Positions 38,477 to 51,947 are shown, numbered from the stretch's first letter. The stretch: DNA of 64,000 bases from Scyliorhinus canicula (GCF_902713615.1 NC_052147.1:235297758-235361757), one strand, 5' to 3'. Made by a program: numbers and translations. Notes: generated by a model from the sequence alone, not told the origin.

Positions 38477-39041
38477 ATGGGATGTCACGAAGCGTGGTAC
38501 ATTGGCGAGACCGTGCAGACACTGCGACAACGAAAGAACGGACATCGCGCGACAATCACCAGGCAGGAATGTTCCCTTCCAGTCGGGGAACACTTCAGCA
38601 GTCAAGGGCATTCAGCCTCTGATCTCCGGATAAGCGTTCTCCCAGGCGGCCTTCAGGACGCGCGACAACGCAGAATCACCGAGCAGAAACTTATAGCCCA
38701 GTTCCGCACACGAGTGCGGCCTCAACCGGGACCTGGATTCATGTTGCATTACATTCATCCCCCACCATCTGGCCTGGGCTTGCGAAATCCTACCAACTGT
38801 CCTGGCTTGAGACAATTCACACCTCTTTAACCTGGTGTTACCCCTATCTCTGGATCTGTAAAGACTTAATTATCTGCAAAGGCTCGCATTCTGAGCATTG
38901 TCTGGCACCTTTGAATTTGTCTGTATATATATTTTTGGAACAAACCTCTTCATTTACCTGAGGAAGGAGCAGTGCTCCGAAAGCTAGTGCTTGAAACAAA
39001 CCTGTTGGACTTTAACCTGGTTTTGTAAGACTTCTTACTGT
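38477..39041 (+). mobile_element. Penelope-like element 3' end (GIY-YIG C-part plus terminal repeat)
   Basis: WYIGETVQTLRQRKNGHR..PVGEHF..RRITEQKLI. Confidence 0.85.
38953..38992 (+). ncRNA. Minimal hammerhead ribozyme motif
   Basis: CUGAGGA-A-GGAGC(agu)GCUCC-GAAA-GCUA: core boxes, 5-bp stem II, palindromic AGCU stem III. Confidence 0.7.
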
Positions 39042-39044
39042 ACT

Positions 39045-40030
39045 AACTTTTCCCACTGAGGTGTGTGTCTCTTCACTGGTGGAGGGTGGGGATGACAGCT
39101 GTGATGTGACTCTCCTCCGAGGTGTTCTCCTTGGGAGGCTGGAGAGGGTGACGTCCAGGATGGATCGGCCGGAGGACTTGTGGGAGAATGGACATGTATT
39201 CAGTGGGAGTGATGGGTCAGTCAGTAAAGCAATAACAGTTCACATTTGACAGGTCTTTTCGCTGGGACCTGGTGGCTCCTCACCTCTGCAACGTCTGCCA
39301 GCCTCTGAGTTGGTGACCGCCTGTCCTCGGCCATACCGGTCAATTCCAGATCATGCTCCTCAAATGAGGTGTGGATTCCTATATCCTGCACACCTCTCCA
39401 GTTTGGGCCCTCTCCTGCCAATTGTGGGAGAGCTTTCCCTAAGGAGATACAGAGAGAAAGTTGTTAGCCACATACGTGGTTCACGGTGGTGGAGGGTGAG
39501 GTTGGGGGTTGCATGGAGAGTTGGGGGCTGGATGTTCGTGTGGGGATGGAAAGGTCTCAGGGTGGGGGTGGGGGGATGGTGAGCACCCGTGCTGCCCGGT
39601 GTAGTTGGTGACCTTTTTCCTGCACTGAAGGCCAGTCCTCCTGGTCACACTCCCGCCTTTCACAGCCGCCGCCATCTCAGCCCAGGCAGCATTATGACTA
39701 ACCCACCGGACCTTCGAGGGAACAGGACATTCTTCCTGGCCTCCACTGCGTCAAGGAGCCTCCCCTGATCGGCATCCCTGAATCTTGGGGCTGGTCTCCT
39801 TGGCACCATTGTTGCGAGCTGGCTGGAGTTGACTGAGCAAGTGCAGCTTCAGTGCTGCTCGACCTTGTTAGCGGGGGGCTGGCAAGCGCGGTGTTTTGTT
39901 GGCGAGCCTTCATTTGTGGCGAGAAGCCCGTGGGGCCTCGTTAAGTGGACCAATTAGCGTTACTGGCCTCGCTGGTCCAAGCGCCGGGAAGCTCGCAGCA
40001 GTTCCCGCTCACTAACGCACTTTGAAATCT
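39045..40030 (-). mobile_element. Harbinger Myb/SANT gene relic
   Basis: PRFRDADQGRLLDAVEARKNVLFP..TRRTGLQCRKKV, intron, KLSHNWQERAQTG. Confidence 0.75.
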
Positions 40031-40064
40031 TAGACTCGCAGTCTCTCTCTCTCTTTCTCTCTCT

Positions 40065-40472
40065 CTCACTGCAGTAAGGTATCCTTGTTCCTGCACTCAA
40101 ATCCTCTAACAAGGAAGGCCAACGTACCTTCCAAACTGTTTGCTATACCTGCCTGCATGACTGCATCCAGGTCCCTTTGTACATCAACATTTCCCACTCT
40201 ATCACTAATTAAATAATACATTCTGCTTTTCCAACTGAAGTGGGTAGCTTCACATTTATACTGCATCTGCCATGTATTTTCCCATTCATTTAACTTTAAT
40301 AAGTTGCCTTGAAGCATCTTAACATCCTCCTTACTGCTCACATTCTTCCAAAGCAAACTTGGAAATATTACTTTTGGTTCTCTCATCCAATTCAATTACA
40401 TATATTGTGAATAGCTGGGGCCCAAGAACTGACATCTGCATTACCCCACTAGTCATCGCCTTCCACTCTGAA
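40065..40472 (-). mobile_element. CR1 RT fragment
   Basis: SVLGPQLFTIYVIELDE..SKFA; WENTWQMQY. Confidence 0.8.
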
Positions 40473-40678
40473 AAAGACACAGGACACAAAACCGTGTTGT
40501 GCCTGGTGAGGATCAGGCCCATGGGGGTAAATTGCGCCAGAGCCCTATCGCTGGGCAAGATCCAGATTTGCCTATTGAAACTTATATACCTGGACGTTGT
40601 ATGCACCTGGGAATCAACATCTGTCCCTGCGAGACCTTCCCAGGGTGTCTTTTAAAAGCAAATTACGGTGGATGCCGG

Positions 40679-40775
40679 GCTTTGACAAAGGGTCATCTGG
40701 ACTCGAAACATTAGCTCTTTTCTCGCCCAACAGATGCTGCCAGACCTGCTGAGATTTTCCAACATTTTCTCTTTT
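40679..40775 (+). repeat. Penelope-type terminal fragment with degenerate hammerhead
   Basis: ttgacaa-a-gggtc(atctg)gactc-gaaa-catta, then cagatgctgccagacctgctgag; inserted in a GC-rich Harbinger-like repeat (about 40480-41140). Confidence 0.55.
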
Positions 40776-41509
40776 GGCGCCATTTACAACTGGTTTCCAC
40801 AAATGTGAACCAGGCATGACGGCAACTCGGGAGTTCCAGGAGGCTTAGAGACCACCCGATTGTTGGGGACAGGGCAGGATGGTACCCTGGCACTCCCCTA
40901 TCACCCCGAGCACCTTGCCACTGCCAGCTGGCACTGCCAGGGTGCCAGGCAGACAGTACCAACGTACCTGGGTGCTAGGTTGGCAGTGCCAGGGGTCAGG
41001 CCTTGGGGAGGGGGTTTGAGGGCCACAGAAAAGGTTGGGGGGTTCCTGGAAAGCAGGACGGGGGATGAAATCTGGGGCTCGGGGCAGCTTTCCAAAATGT
41101 CACCCCGTTCTGCAAGGAGCCAATCCCACTCAGTTAAAGAGACCGCTCAAGTTAATGAATGGGTTGTTGACCAGCTTGTAGCTTTCCATTTCACATGGAC
41201 AAAGTTCAGAAAATTTATCCAATGTAGATACAACTAGACTGATGCACTGCTTTAATGTATGAGTTCTGCAGCACATAACAGTAATATTCTGCAATGCGTC
41301 CATTGCACTTGAGCACTTATTTATGATGTCCCTGCCTGCATCAATATTACACAATGACAGAAATTACAAAATGGGAGCTGGCCATTTAGCTTATATTTCA
41401 TGTACTGGTGCTAGCACTTCAAGTGAGGTTATCACCTTTAATCTCATTTCCTAGCTCTGCGCAATAATAGTAATTCTTTTTCGCACACTGAGTTGTGATT
41501 TAAAATTAC

Positions 41510-42195
41510 ATATAAGAACATAAGAACTGGCCATCTCGCCCCTCGAGCCTGCTCCGCCATTCAATTAGATCATGGCTGATCTTTCTGTGGACTGAGCTCC
41601 ACTTACCCGCCCGCTCACTGTAACCTTTTATTCCTTTACTGTTCGAAAATCTATCTATCATTGCCTTTAAATCATTTAATGAGATAGCCTCAACTGCTTC
41701 ACTGGGAAGGGAATTCCACAGATTTCACAACCCTTTGGTGAAGAAGTTCCACCTCAGCTCAGTCCTAAATTTTCTCCCCCTTATTCTGAGGCTATGTGCC
41801 CCAGTTCTAGTTTCACCCGCCAGTGGAAACAGCTTCCTGCTTCTATCCTATCTATTCCCTTCATAATTTTATATCCTTCTATAAGATTCCTCCTCATTTT
41901 TCTAAATTACAATGAGCATAGTCCCAGTCTACTCAGTCTCTCCTCATAAGCCAATCCTCTCAACTACAGAATCAACCTAGTGAATCTTCTCTGCACCCCA
42001 TCCAGTGCCAGTACATCCTTTCTCAAGTAAGGAGACCAAAACTGTACACTGTACTCCAGGTGTGGCCTCACCAGCACCCTATATGGCTGCAACATAACCT
42101 CCCTGTTTTTAAATTCCATTCCTCCAGCAATAAAGGTCAAAATTCCATTTGCCTTCTTAATTACCTGCTGCATCTGCAAACCAAATTTTTGCAAT
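41510..42195 (-). mobile_element. CR1 3' fragment
   Basis: LVRPHLEYSVQFWSPYLRKD; tail (ataagaac)n. Confidence 0.88.
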
Positions 42196-43069
42196 TAATA
42201 TATCAGTCTACTGCTTAATAATTGAGGATTTGCAGGCTCGCAACTGTTAACTGGAACAATAATTCCCAGTGCACACCACCCCCGTCCAACAACCACCACA
42301 CCCCCATTCACCTAACTATTGTTTCAATTAATATTTTAACCTATTGGCTTAAAACCTTGAGTAACATATCAAACTCTTAATCATGAAGTTGCTACTGAAG
42401 TACTGTCCAAGCCTTAAGAAACTACATATAAAGTGACTGTTCAAATGACTCCCAGTCATATGCATGCTCTAAGAGGCATTTTAATGGACATTCAGTAGCA
42501 GTTTTCCATCTTTGGATGTGCGAAGGACAGGCTGGACAGATCTTTTACATAGGATAGGATATACTGCACAGAAAATACCATTTGGCCCAGCCAGTCCATA
42601 ATGGTGCTTATGATCCACTCAAACCTCCGCCTATCTTGTTTTAAAATCTAAATCTACCATTGTAACCATCTATTCCCTTCTCGCTCAAATGCTAATCCAA
42701 TTTCCCCTTAACAACATCTATATCATTCACTTCAATCCCGTCTTCATTTTTAACACTTTTTGGGTGAAGAAGTTAATTTTTATTTGCCTATTGCATTTCT
42801 TGTTGATTATCTTATGTCCTCTAGTTACATTCTTCCCTTCAAGATGCAGCGTTCTCTCTTTATCCACTTAATCATAATTTCTGTACTTTTCAATGCTATC
42901 CCTCTTGTGCTTGATTTGCTTTTCTATGGCCTGGTCAACTGGTGGAACAACTTTTAGTTCACCCACTGGTGGCCAATGAAGTTGTGGGGGGAAGGTTTGG
43001 AAAGATTTCTTGCCTGCTGCTACAGGCCTCTCAAAGGTACGTTTTATGCTCACATTGGTGCGTGTCCAT

Positions 43070-46000
43070 TGTGGTGGTATGAATGGGAGCACTGCCATTT
43101 GTGCAGAGCATTGGTTTCCCATTGGCTCTGGCTGGTCATGTGCCTCTCGTCTGATTGGCTGGGACTAGTCATGTGACTGCTCGCCAATTGGTCGAGAGGC
43201 AAGTAGACCCCGCCTTCGAGGTGGGATATAAGTACCCAGAGTTCCCGGCGGTCGGCCTTTCTCTGTAGTCGACCACCGGGCTAACAACTAGCTTATTAAA
43301 GCCAAAGTTTGGATCTTCATCGTGCCTTGCGTCCAATTGATGGTACATCAATTTAATCAGCTAGAATTTTGAAGTGGAGCTACGCATCAAGATTGACTGT
43401 TTCCGCATCAGCCCGCATGCTTCAAATGCGCCTGCAAACTTTAAACATTGGCAGGCGTGTTTGAACAGTTACCTGACAACTGCAGCCGGCAAGCCCACCA
43501 AGGAGCAGAAACTCCACATCCTCCACTCGTTCATGGGCACGGTTGTATATTCAATGATTGAGGACGAAAATGATTATGACGCGGTCATGGATATTCTGAG
43601 AGGACACTTTCTCCGGCCGGTCAACGAAGTATATGCACGGCATCTCCTGACTACTAGACAACAGTTCCCTGGTGAGTCACCAGTTTACCAGGCCCTCACG
43701 GCTCCAGGGAGAATGTGCGCCTGTCCCCAAGTTTCTGCGACATAGTACATGGAACTTTTAATTAGAGACGCTTATGTTGCCGGCATGCAATCCTCCTCTA
43801 TCCACCAACGATTTCTGGAGAAGAACGCCCTCAGCCTAGCTGAGGCACGGAACCTCGCAACCTCCCTGGAGGTCGCCGACCTGAACGCCCGCGCATACGC
43901 CCCCGGCCGCGCAGCAACCCCCTGGATTTCATGGCACGTGCCACCTCCATCCTCTGCTGACCCCGACCCCCCCCCCCCCCCCCCCCCCCCCAGGTCTGTG
44001 CTGCGGGATGCTCCGACAAGTTAACGGGGCCCCGCTGCTATTTTTGAGACCTCTCCAAACACCCCCGCCCGTGCTGCCCAGCCCGCTCCGCTCTGTGTAA
44101 GAGCTGCGGGAAGAAGGACCATTACGCTGTGGTCTGCCAGACCAAGTCGGTCGCTGCTGTTCCACGCAGCGACCGCGGATGGCCCCCCCCCGGGCCCACC
44201 CAGGGCCCAGCGCGTGCACCAACCTCTCCGGCCCGCCTCTTGGCCCCCGGAACAGGCCCACGGTCCTCCCGACCCCCGCTCCCGGCTGCCCCGACCAGCC
44301 CACAGACGCCGCTGACACTGCCCCCAGCTGCCACGAGGTTCCCATGGGTGCCGCCATCTTTGGTCCCGGACACCACGTGCGGGTCATGGGCACCGCCATC
44401 TTGGGGCCCCAGCTCCACGTGCGGGTCCTGGGCGCCACCATCTTGGGACCCCGATTCCACGTGCGGGCCCTGGGCGCCGCCATCTTGGCCAACACGGAAG
44501 GCCCTGCCAGCGATTACTCTGCCACCGAGGATGATCTGGAACTCTCGCCACGACTTGCTTCCATCACACTCGACCAGTCGCGACCACGCACGCTCGCCAA
44601 GACTACGACAACGATCCAGCTCAACGGACATGAGACAAAATGCCTACTGGACTCCGGGAGCACGGAGAGTTTCATCCACCCCAACACAGTAAGACGCTAT
44701 GCTCTCCCCATCCACCCAGTCAAGCATAAGATCGATTTGGCCTCGGGTCCGCACTCCGTCCAGATCACCGGCTGCTGCATAGCGGACCTCATGGTCTTCA
44801 AAAACTACAAACTCCTCATTCTCCCCCGTCTATGCGCTCCGGCACTCTTGGGCCTGGATTTCCAGTGCAATCTGCAGAGCTTGACCTTCCAATTCGGCGG
44901 CCCTATTCCCCCCCTTACTGTCAGCAGCCTCGCGTCCCTCAAAGTGGACCCCCCTTCCTTGTTTGCTAATCTCACCCAAGATTGTAAACCTGTCGCCACT
45001 CGGAGCAGACGATACAGTGCCCAGGACCGGACCTTCATCGGGTCCGAGGTCCAGAGGCTCATTAAGGAAGGAGTCATTGAGGCCAGCAACAGTCCCTGGC
45101 GAGCCCAAGTGCTGGTAGCTCGGACTGGGGAGAAAAACGGATGGCCATTGATTACAGTCAGACCATGAACAGGTGTACGCAGCTGGACGCGTATCCTCTC
45201 CCCCGTATTTCCGACCTGGTTAACAGGATCGCGAAGTACAAAGTCTTTTTCACGGTGGATCTTATGTCTGCATACCACCAGCTCCCCATCCACGCGAGTG
45301 ACCGCAAGTACACCGCGTTTGAGGCAGATGGGCGCCTCTACCACTTCTCAGGGTTCCATTCGGTGTCTCAAATGGGGTCTCGGTCTTCCAACGGGAGATG
45401 GATCGAATGGTCGACAAGCACGGGTTACGGGCTACCTTCCCGTATCTCGATAACGTCACCATCTGCGGCCACGACCAGCAGGACCATGACATCAACCTTC
45501 AAAAATTCCTCCCAACCGCAAAACTCCTAATTTAACCTACAATAAGGATAAGTGCGTGTTTAGCACCGACCGTCTAGCCATCCTTGGCTACGTAGTGCAT
45601 AACGGAGTGATAGGCCCCGATCCCGAACGCATGCGCCCCCTGATGGAACTCCCTCTCCCCAACTCCCTCAAATCCCTCAAACGCTGCGTGGCCTTCTTCT
45701 CCTGGACCCTTCACGCTTCCAAAATCCGCCACTCCTTGGTGGAAAAGGAGGCACAGGCCATAGTTGAAGCTGTGCGATATTGGAGGCACTATCTAGCCGG
45801 CAGGAGGTTTACCCTCCTCACAGACCAACGGTCAGTGGCTTTCATGTTTGATAATGCACAGAGGGGCAAGATCAAGAACGACAAGATCTTGCGGTGGCGG
45901 ATCGAGTTGTCCACGTACAACTACGATATCTTGTATCGTCCTGGGAAGCTCAACGAGCCTCCCGATGCCCTATCCCGCGGTACGTGCGCCAGCGCGCAGA

Positions 46001-47599
46001 TTGACCACCTCCGCTCCCTCCACACGGACCTCTGCCATCCAGGGGTCACCCGTTTTTACCACTTTAAGACCCGCAACCTGCCCTACTCCGTTGAGGAAGT
46101 CAGGACCGTCACCAGGGACTGCCACGTCTGCGCCGAGTGCAAACCGCACTACAACACCCCGAACGAGCTCATCTGATCAAGGCGTCCTGCCTCTTCGAAC
46201 GACTTCAAGGGCCCCCTCCCCTCCAACAACCGTAACACATATTTCTTGAGTGTTATTGATGAGTACTCCCGCTTCCCTTTCGTCATCCCCTGTCCCGACA
46301 TGACCACAACAACCGTCATAAAGGCCCTCCTATCCATCTTCTCCCTGTTTGGTTACCCCGCGTACATCCACAGAGACCGGGGGTCCTCCTTTATGAGTGA
46401 CGAACTGCGTCAGTTCCTGCTTAGCAGGGGCATAGCCTCTAGCAGGACGACCAGTTATAACCCCCGGGATAACGGTCAGGTCGAGCGGGAGAATGGCACC
46501 ACCTGGAAGACCATCCTGCTGGCCCTACAGTCCAGAGATCTCCCTATCCCCTGTTGTCAAGAGGTCATCCCTGACTCCCTCCATTCAATCCGGTCTCTCC
46601 TCTGTACTACCACTAATCAAACACCTCATGAACATCTTCTTGTTTTCCCTAGGAAGTCGTCCTCAGGATCCCCTCTCCCGACCTGGCTGGCCGCCCCCAG
46701 ACCCATCTTACTCCGGAAGCATGTGCGGGTGCACAAGTCCGACCCGTTGGTTGAGCGAGTCCAGTTACTCCACGCTAACCCGCAGTATGCGTACGTGGTG
46801 TATCCCGACGGTCGGCAGGATACGGTCTCGCTTCGGGACCTGGCACCCGCCGGCGTGCGGCCTTCTCCTCTTACAGCAACACCTCCCCCCTAACCCCAAT
46901 TCCCACCAGCACCCCCTGCACCCCCATGACCCAGCGCACAGACGCCCTCTTCCCCGATTACAGCGTCTCCACCACCGGCCCGGGGTTCGGAGACACATCT
47001 ACGACCGACGCTCCCGGAGGCAAGGACGACCATCAGCCCGACGTCACCGGCTCCACTGCGACGGTCCACCAGAACACCACGGGCACCCAACAGGCTGATC
47101 GTGTCCATCTGATGCAGCCATGCGACTTTATTGGACTCTATTGTAATTTTTTTTGCATCCTAATGTAGTTAGTACTGTTCATTTTGCCATGAGCCAGTGG
47201 GCAGCCCCCATTTTCTCGATTGTCTCTACTCATACCACCAGTCCTCGGACCCCCCCTCTCTCTCTCTCTCTTCCCCTTACAACACCCCCCCCGCCTTCTT
47301 TCTCCACAAGGGGGGGAATGTGGTGGTATGAATGGGAGCATTGCCATTGATGCAGAGCATTGGTTTCCCATTGGCTCTGGCTGGTCATGTGCCTATCATC
47401 TGATTGGCTGGGACTAGTCATGTGACTGCTCACCAATTGGTCGAGAGGCAAGTAGACCCCGCCTCCGAGGCAGGGTATAAGTACCCAGAGTTCCCGGCGC
47501 TCGGCCTTTCTCTGTAGTCGACCACCGGGCTAAGAACTAGCTGATTAAAGCCAAAGTTTGGATCTTCATCGTGTCTCGCGTCCAATTGATGGTACATCA
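43070..47599 (+). mobile_element. Gypsy LTR retrotransposon, degenerate but bounded
   Basis: 281-bp LTRs 43070-43350 and 47319-47599 (TG..CA), 5-bp TSD TCCAT (43065-43069 and 47600-47604), PPT aagggggggaa. Confidence 0.96.
43374..46893 (+). pseudogene. gag-pol (PR, RT, RH, IN) of the Gypsy element, frameshifted
   Basis: CKSCGKKDHYAVVC knuckle; LLDSGS; SPWRAQV; DAYPLPRI; YLDN; EKEAQAI..TDQ; HHCC; HRDRGSSF; GQVERENG; deletion near 45700 removes part of the RT-RH linker. Confidence 0.92.
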
Positions 47600-49699
47600 T
47601 CCATATGTGAAACATCTGTAGCTCACACTCCACTCAGTCAGCAGCTAACATTGCATCAGTCTTATCTAAGGGATAGGATATTGAGTCACATGTGAGCCTC
47701 AGCCATTAAAAATATTAATAGCATTAAAATAGTTGTAAGATTAGAAACGAGCAATAACTCTTATTCTGTTTAGTGGAAGGAGTTAAAATTATCTGATATG
47801 GCCCCCAATTACTGCACCAACATTTGATCCTCTGCCAGCTTTGTTCATTCAAATGCAATACTTTGGAGTGTCAGGTGTCCAGATTCTTCAACTAAAAGAC
47901 AATGGCTCCTGATACATTGTCCAGCAATGTGTATCTGCGCATCTGTCATCAACTTTACATGCTCACCGGATTTGTGTGTCAACCAATGTCCTTTCTGTTT
48001 TAACTCTAATATCTTTGGGATCGATGTCTTTGTGCTGGCGCTTGGAGTGGATGGACTGAGTGACAGTGTGTGTTGGAAGTACTGGTATTATCAGATGTAA
48101 AGGGGCCTGCTTGCCCTCTCACTGTAACACATTTGGAGTAGGAAAAGGAGAGAATTTTTTTCCGGCACAGAGCTTAGCCGAATGAAAGGATTTCACCGAT
48201 AATTAGTGGAGGGTACATTGCTACAATTGATAAAGGTGCTACATAAAATGCAAGATGTTCTTGAATTGCTTCTAAAAAAAATAAATTTCTTCAAGTCTTT
48301 TTGGCTAATTTATTTTTCTGATCTCAGGGCAATAACTCAGCAGCCAGGGTTTCATAAATTACCTTGCCGTGTTTCAAGTGATTAATTGGTTAAATCGTAC
48401 TAATCAAAAAAATGTACTGGTGCTCAAATATAATTAATATTAATAATGGTTAACACGATTCGAGGTTGAGCACTGAATATTGAAAATTAGATACTCTATG
48501 AATTATACATCTAAATGTTTGCATCTTCTTAAAAAGGCTTGCCCCTGCTCCTTTTCATCTGTGCACTCATTATATTGTATTGCAAAGCACATAGAAATTG
48601 GAGCACTTTGTACTTCCTTCTTTTTCAGCATATCCCTATGGAATTATGTGATTGGAATACATTTGTGTGCTTAAGGTAGAGATTTCCCGCATCTCAGTTC
48701 AACAGCATGGACTCCTTTTAATCTGTGATCTATTCCCCACAATACTTTTCTCTGAAGATACAATTTTTCATGCATCAGCTGCTTTCAAACACATATTCAG
48801 ACTGGAGTGTGAAAATAAGGGTCAAAGGATGATGAAGACAGCAACCAAATGGATCAGTTTTCGAATTGCATTATAATGTCACAGCATACTTATTGGACTA
48901 TGTTGGATTTATCTAGACAGATTTTCCCCAGAGAAGAACTAGGATAACTGGTCATTGGAACCTCCAGCCGAACTCTTGTTCGCCCCGCAAGGTGCTGTGC
49001 TCCATTTGGATGATCAATCTCATCTGCAGCAGGTTGGTGGGGTGGGCTAGAAACCAAGTGCCTTTGGACAATATGCTCGCTACCAGCTGAAGTAATATTG
49101 GCATTCACAGCTGGCCTTCTTCCTGTTGGGAGTTGGGTTGGGAGAGAGAGGAGATGCCACAATGGCCGGGGTCCAGGCAGGGTTGTGGAATCCGGAGATA
49201 TATTTCTGCCCTTTCCTTCTTCACAATAAAAATAACTCGCCTTTAGGGTTCTCTGTCTTACAGTACTACGCTTCAAAAGTATTTTCTTGACTTTAAAACA
49301 ATTTGGGTCACCTGGTGGTCATGAAACGTGCAATATAAATGCAAGACTTTATTTTCTCTTTGGCCTTGTTGCCAATTGATAATAGCTGTAGTGGCCCAGT
49401 GCAAGTTCCACTCAACGCAGATAAAAATAGCATCAGCTGGTGTCCTCGTCAGGCAGTTGCTTGGACACCAACATAATGTCAATGAGCAGTAAGTTGTTCT
49501 GCTCCAGTTGCTGGCTCATTTCCATTATGCAAGAAGCCTGAAAGCCAACCCAACACTTTTAAAGACTGATGAGTCCTTTTTGCTATGTGACAATAGTAGT
49601 GTGACAAAAGAAGAGAGAAAATCTAAAGTCCTTTATGCTAATAAGTAGCTCATTCATCAGTCAATTAAAAGTTGTAAACTGCTATCACTAGGTCACTTA

Positions 49700-50830
49700 G
49701 CCCCTGGAGCTTGTTCTACCATTCAGTAAGATCACGGCTAGTCTGTGACCTAACTCCATGTACCAGTCTTTAACAATCTTTAGTTAACAAAAACTTATCA
49801 ATCTCCGGCTTTAAAATTAATAATTTATCTAAAAACGAGTGTCATTTACCGATGAAAAGTCTAAAACTCGACCACCCTTGGAATCCAGATATCATTCGAC
49901 TAAATCTCCACTGCACTTCTTCCAAGGTCAATATATCTTCCCCAGGTGTGATGTCCAGAACTGCCCACAGTACTGTAAATCTAGTCTACCCAAGGCATTG
50001 CGCAGCTGAAACATGACTTCTAATCTCTTTAATCTAGTCTTCTAGATAAAGACGCCAGCATTTATTCAGTCTTTCTGATTATTTTTGGTATGATTCATGA
50101 CATATTAATTATCTATGAACTTGGACCATTATGTCTTTCTGGACCGCTGCTGTTTCTAGTATTTTATTATTTCAAAAGTACGCTGCTCTATTCTTTTTAA
50201 ATCCAAAGTGAATGTCTTCACATTTAGCTACATTCAACTCCCCTTGACACAGTTTTTCCCAGTTACTGAACCTGTCAATATATTGTTACAATGTTACATT
50301 TCAGGCTACAATTCCTACAAAGCCACCTATTTTGGTTTCAGCATCAAAGTTGAATATACAGTTTTCTACCCTATTACTGGGTTATTGACAATCACAATGA
50401 ATAGTTGAGGCTTCAGCACAAATCACATTCTGCCAATTAGAGTACCTGCTTATTATTCCTGCATTCTGCCTCCTGACACATAGGTCAATAATTTGCATTC
50501 AATTCCGTGAGATTCAACTTCAACTAATAGGCTCTTAGCAGGGACTTTATGAAATGTCTTCCCGGAGTCTGTATCAATGACATTGATAAGCATTCCACTG
50601 TTCACTACATTATAAAAAATTAAATTGGATTCAATAAGCATGCCCGATCCTTTATGAATCCATACTCATCTCTCAAATCAAATTTTCAAGGCAAGCTTAA
50701 GTATAGACTCTCGTATTTTCCCAACAACAGATATTAGGTCAAATAACATAAGTCTCTGGCTTCCCTCTGCCACCTTTATTCCATAGTAGATGACATAATT
50801 TTGTAATCTAAAGGAACAGATCCCGAAGTG
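49700..50830 (-). mobile_element. Old CR1 fragment
   Basis: Degenerate KTFHKVP..VESHGIE; highly diverged. Confidence 0.6.
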
Positions 50831-51947
50831 ACAGAACTTTGGAAGGTTATAGTTAGTGTTGCAATATTATCTACATGTACCTTCAAGGGTGCATATTTAA
50901 ATTGTTGTCAATCTCTTCCACGGAGAAGGGATTTGATGTAGCAACACCATAGACTTTTACTCAGTTTACAACCACAGTGGTAGAAATCAGATGGATACAT
51001 GTCACTTCCCTGTTAACACCATGTTACCTTGACACATGATTGGTATGTTGATGGCAAATAGAACAACATCACATGGTGGCAGCATGGATTTTGAAGATTT
51101 GACTGAGAAGTATATATGCCTCAACCTTTTCACATGCAGAAGAACAACTGGTGTGAAAGTGAATAAAATCACTCTGCTTAAGTTATTCTGCCGCTCTGTA
51201 GGAATCCTACACACTATACCTTCATTCTGGGACATCACTCTAGCCTGAAAGCACTGGGTCTTGGTAAGAGTGTTGATATTTGGGAGTGCTTTATTAGTAT
51301 AGGTCCACCTTCTGCAATGCTTGTGCAGGGACAGAGATTAAAGGCTCTGGAGTGTCTAACTTTAAGAAGAATCCCACAGACAGAGGAATTCATTACTGCT
51401 GCGTGCTGTCCCCACAGAAGGTCAGGAGGAGATTAAAACACTGCAGGCTTCACTAGGGAAGAAGAGTCCATCCATTAACAGCTCCGAAGACCTAACAGCT
51501 AAAATGAGGCAGCAAAAACATTTTTTTTTCATTGTTTAACTTAGTTTTTGAAACCTGAAATTTCTTTTCACACCAATAATCACCTTTTTGTGGACAGATC
51601 TTGAGTAAGCCTGGAAAAAGCTTAAACAGTGAACAGTGCCACCATTACAGACAAGCACCAACCTATGACCAGCTAAGGCTGCACAACGACCAATTAAGGT
51701 GCCCCAATCAGGGAGCAAACCCAAGTTCTTAATCTAAAGGGCTGTACAAAAAACAAATAACTGTCCTATTCCAGAAAGTCCTATTAATCCTGTACAAAGC
51801 CACAGGATGACCACAACATTTCCAACACTGAATTGGAAGGCAATGGATCACCTATTTGAGTTTACTTTGTTTCAAAAGCATGTAAAGCTGTGTTTTCTGG
51901 ACCTCAATATTTACAATGCAGACAAACAAGCCATTAATATTAAAATT

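Noticed and set aside
44340-44490. Repeats (gccgccatcttgg, about 36-bp period) resembling a CRISPR array
   Set aside because: Degenerate coding tandem repeat at the Gypsy gag-pol junction; no unique spacers; eukaryotic context.
48890-49276. 128-aa minus-strand ORF as a host gene
   Set aside because: No recognisable domain, and it overlaps old repeat-like sequence.
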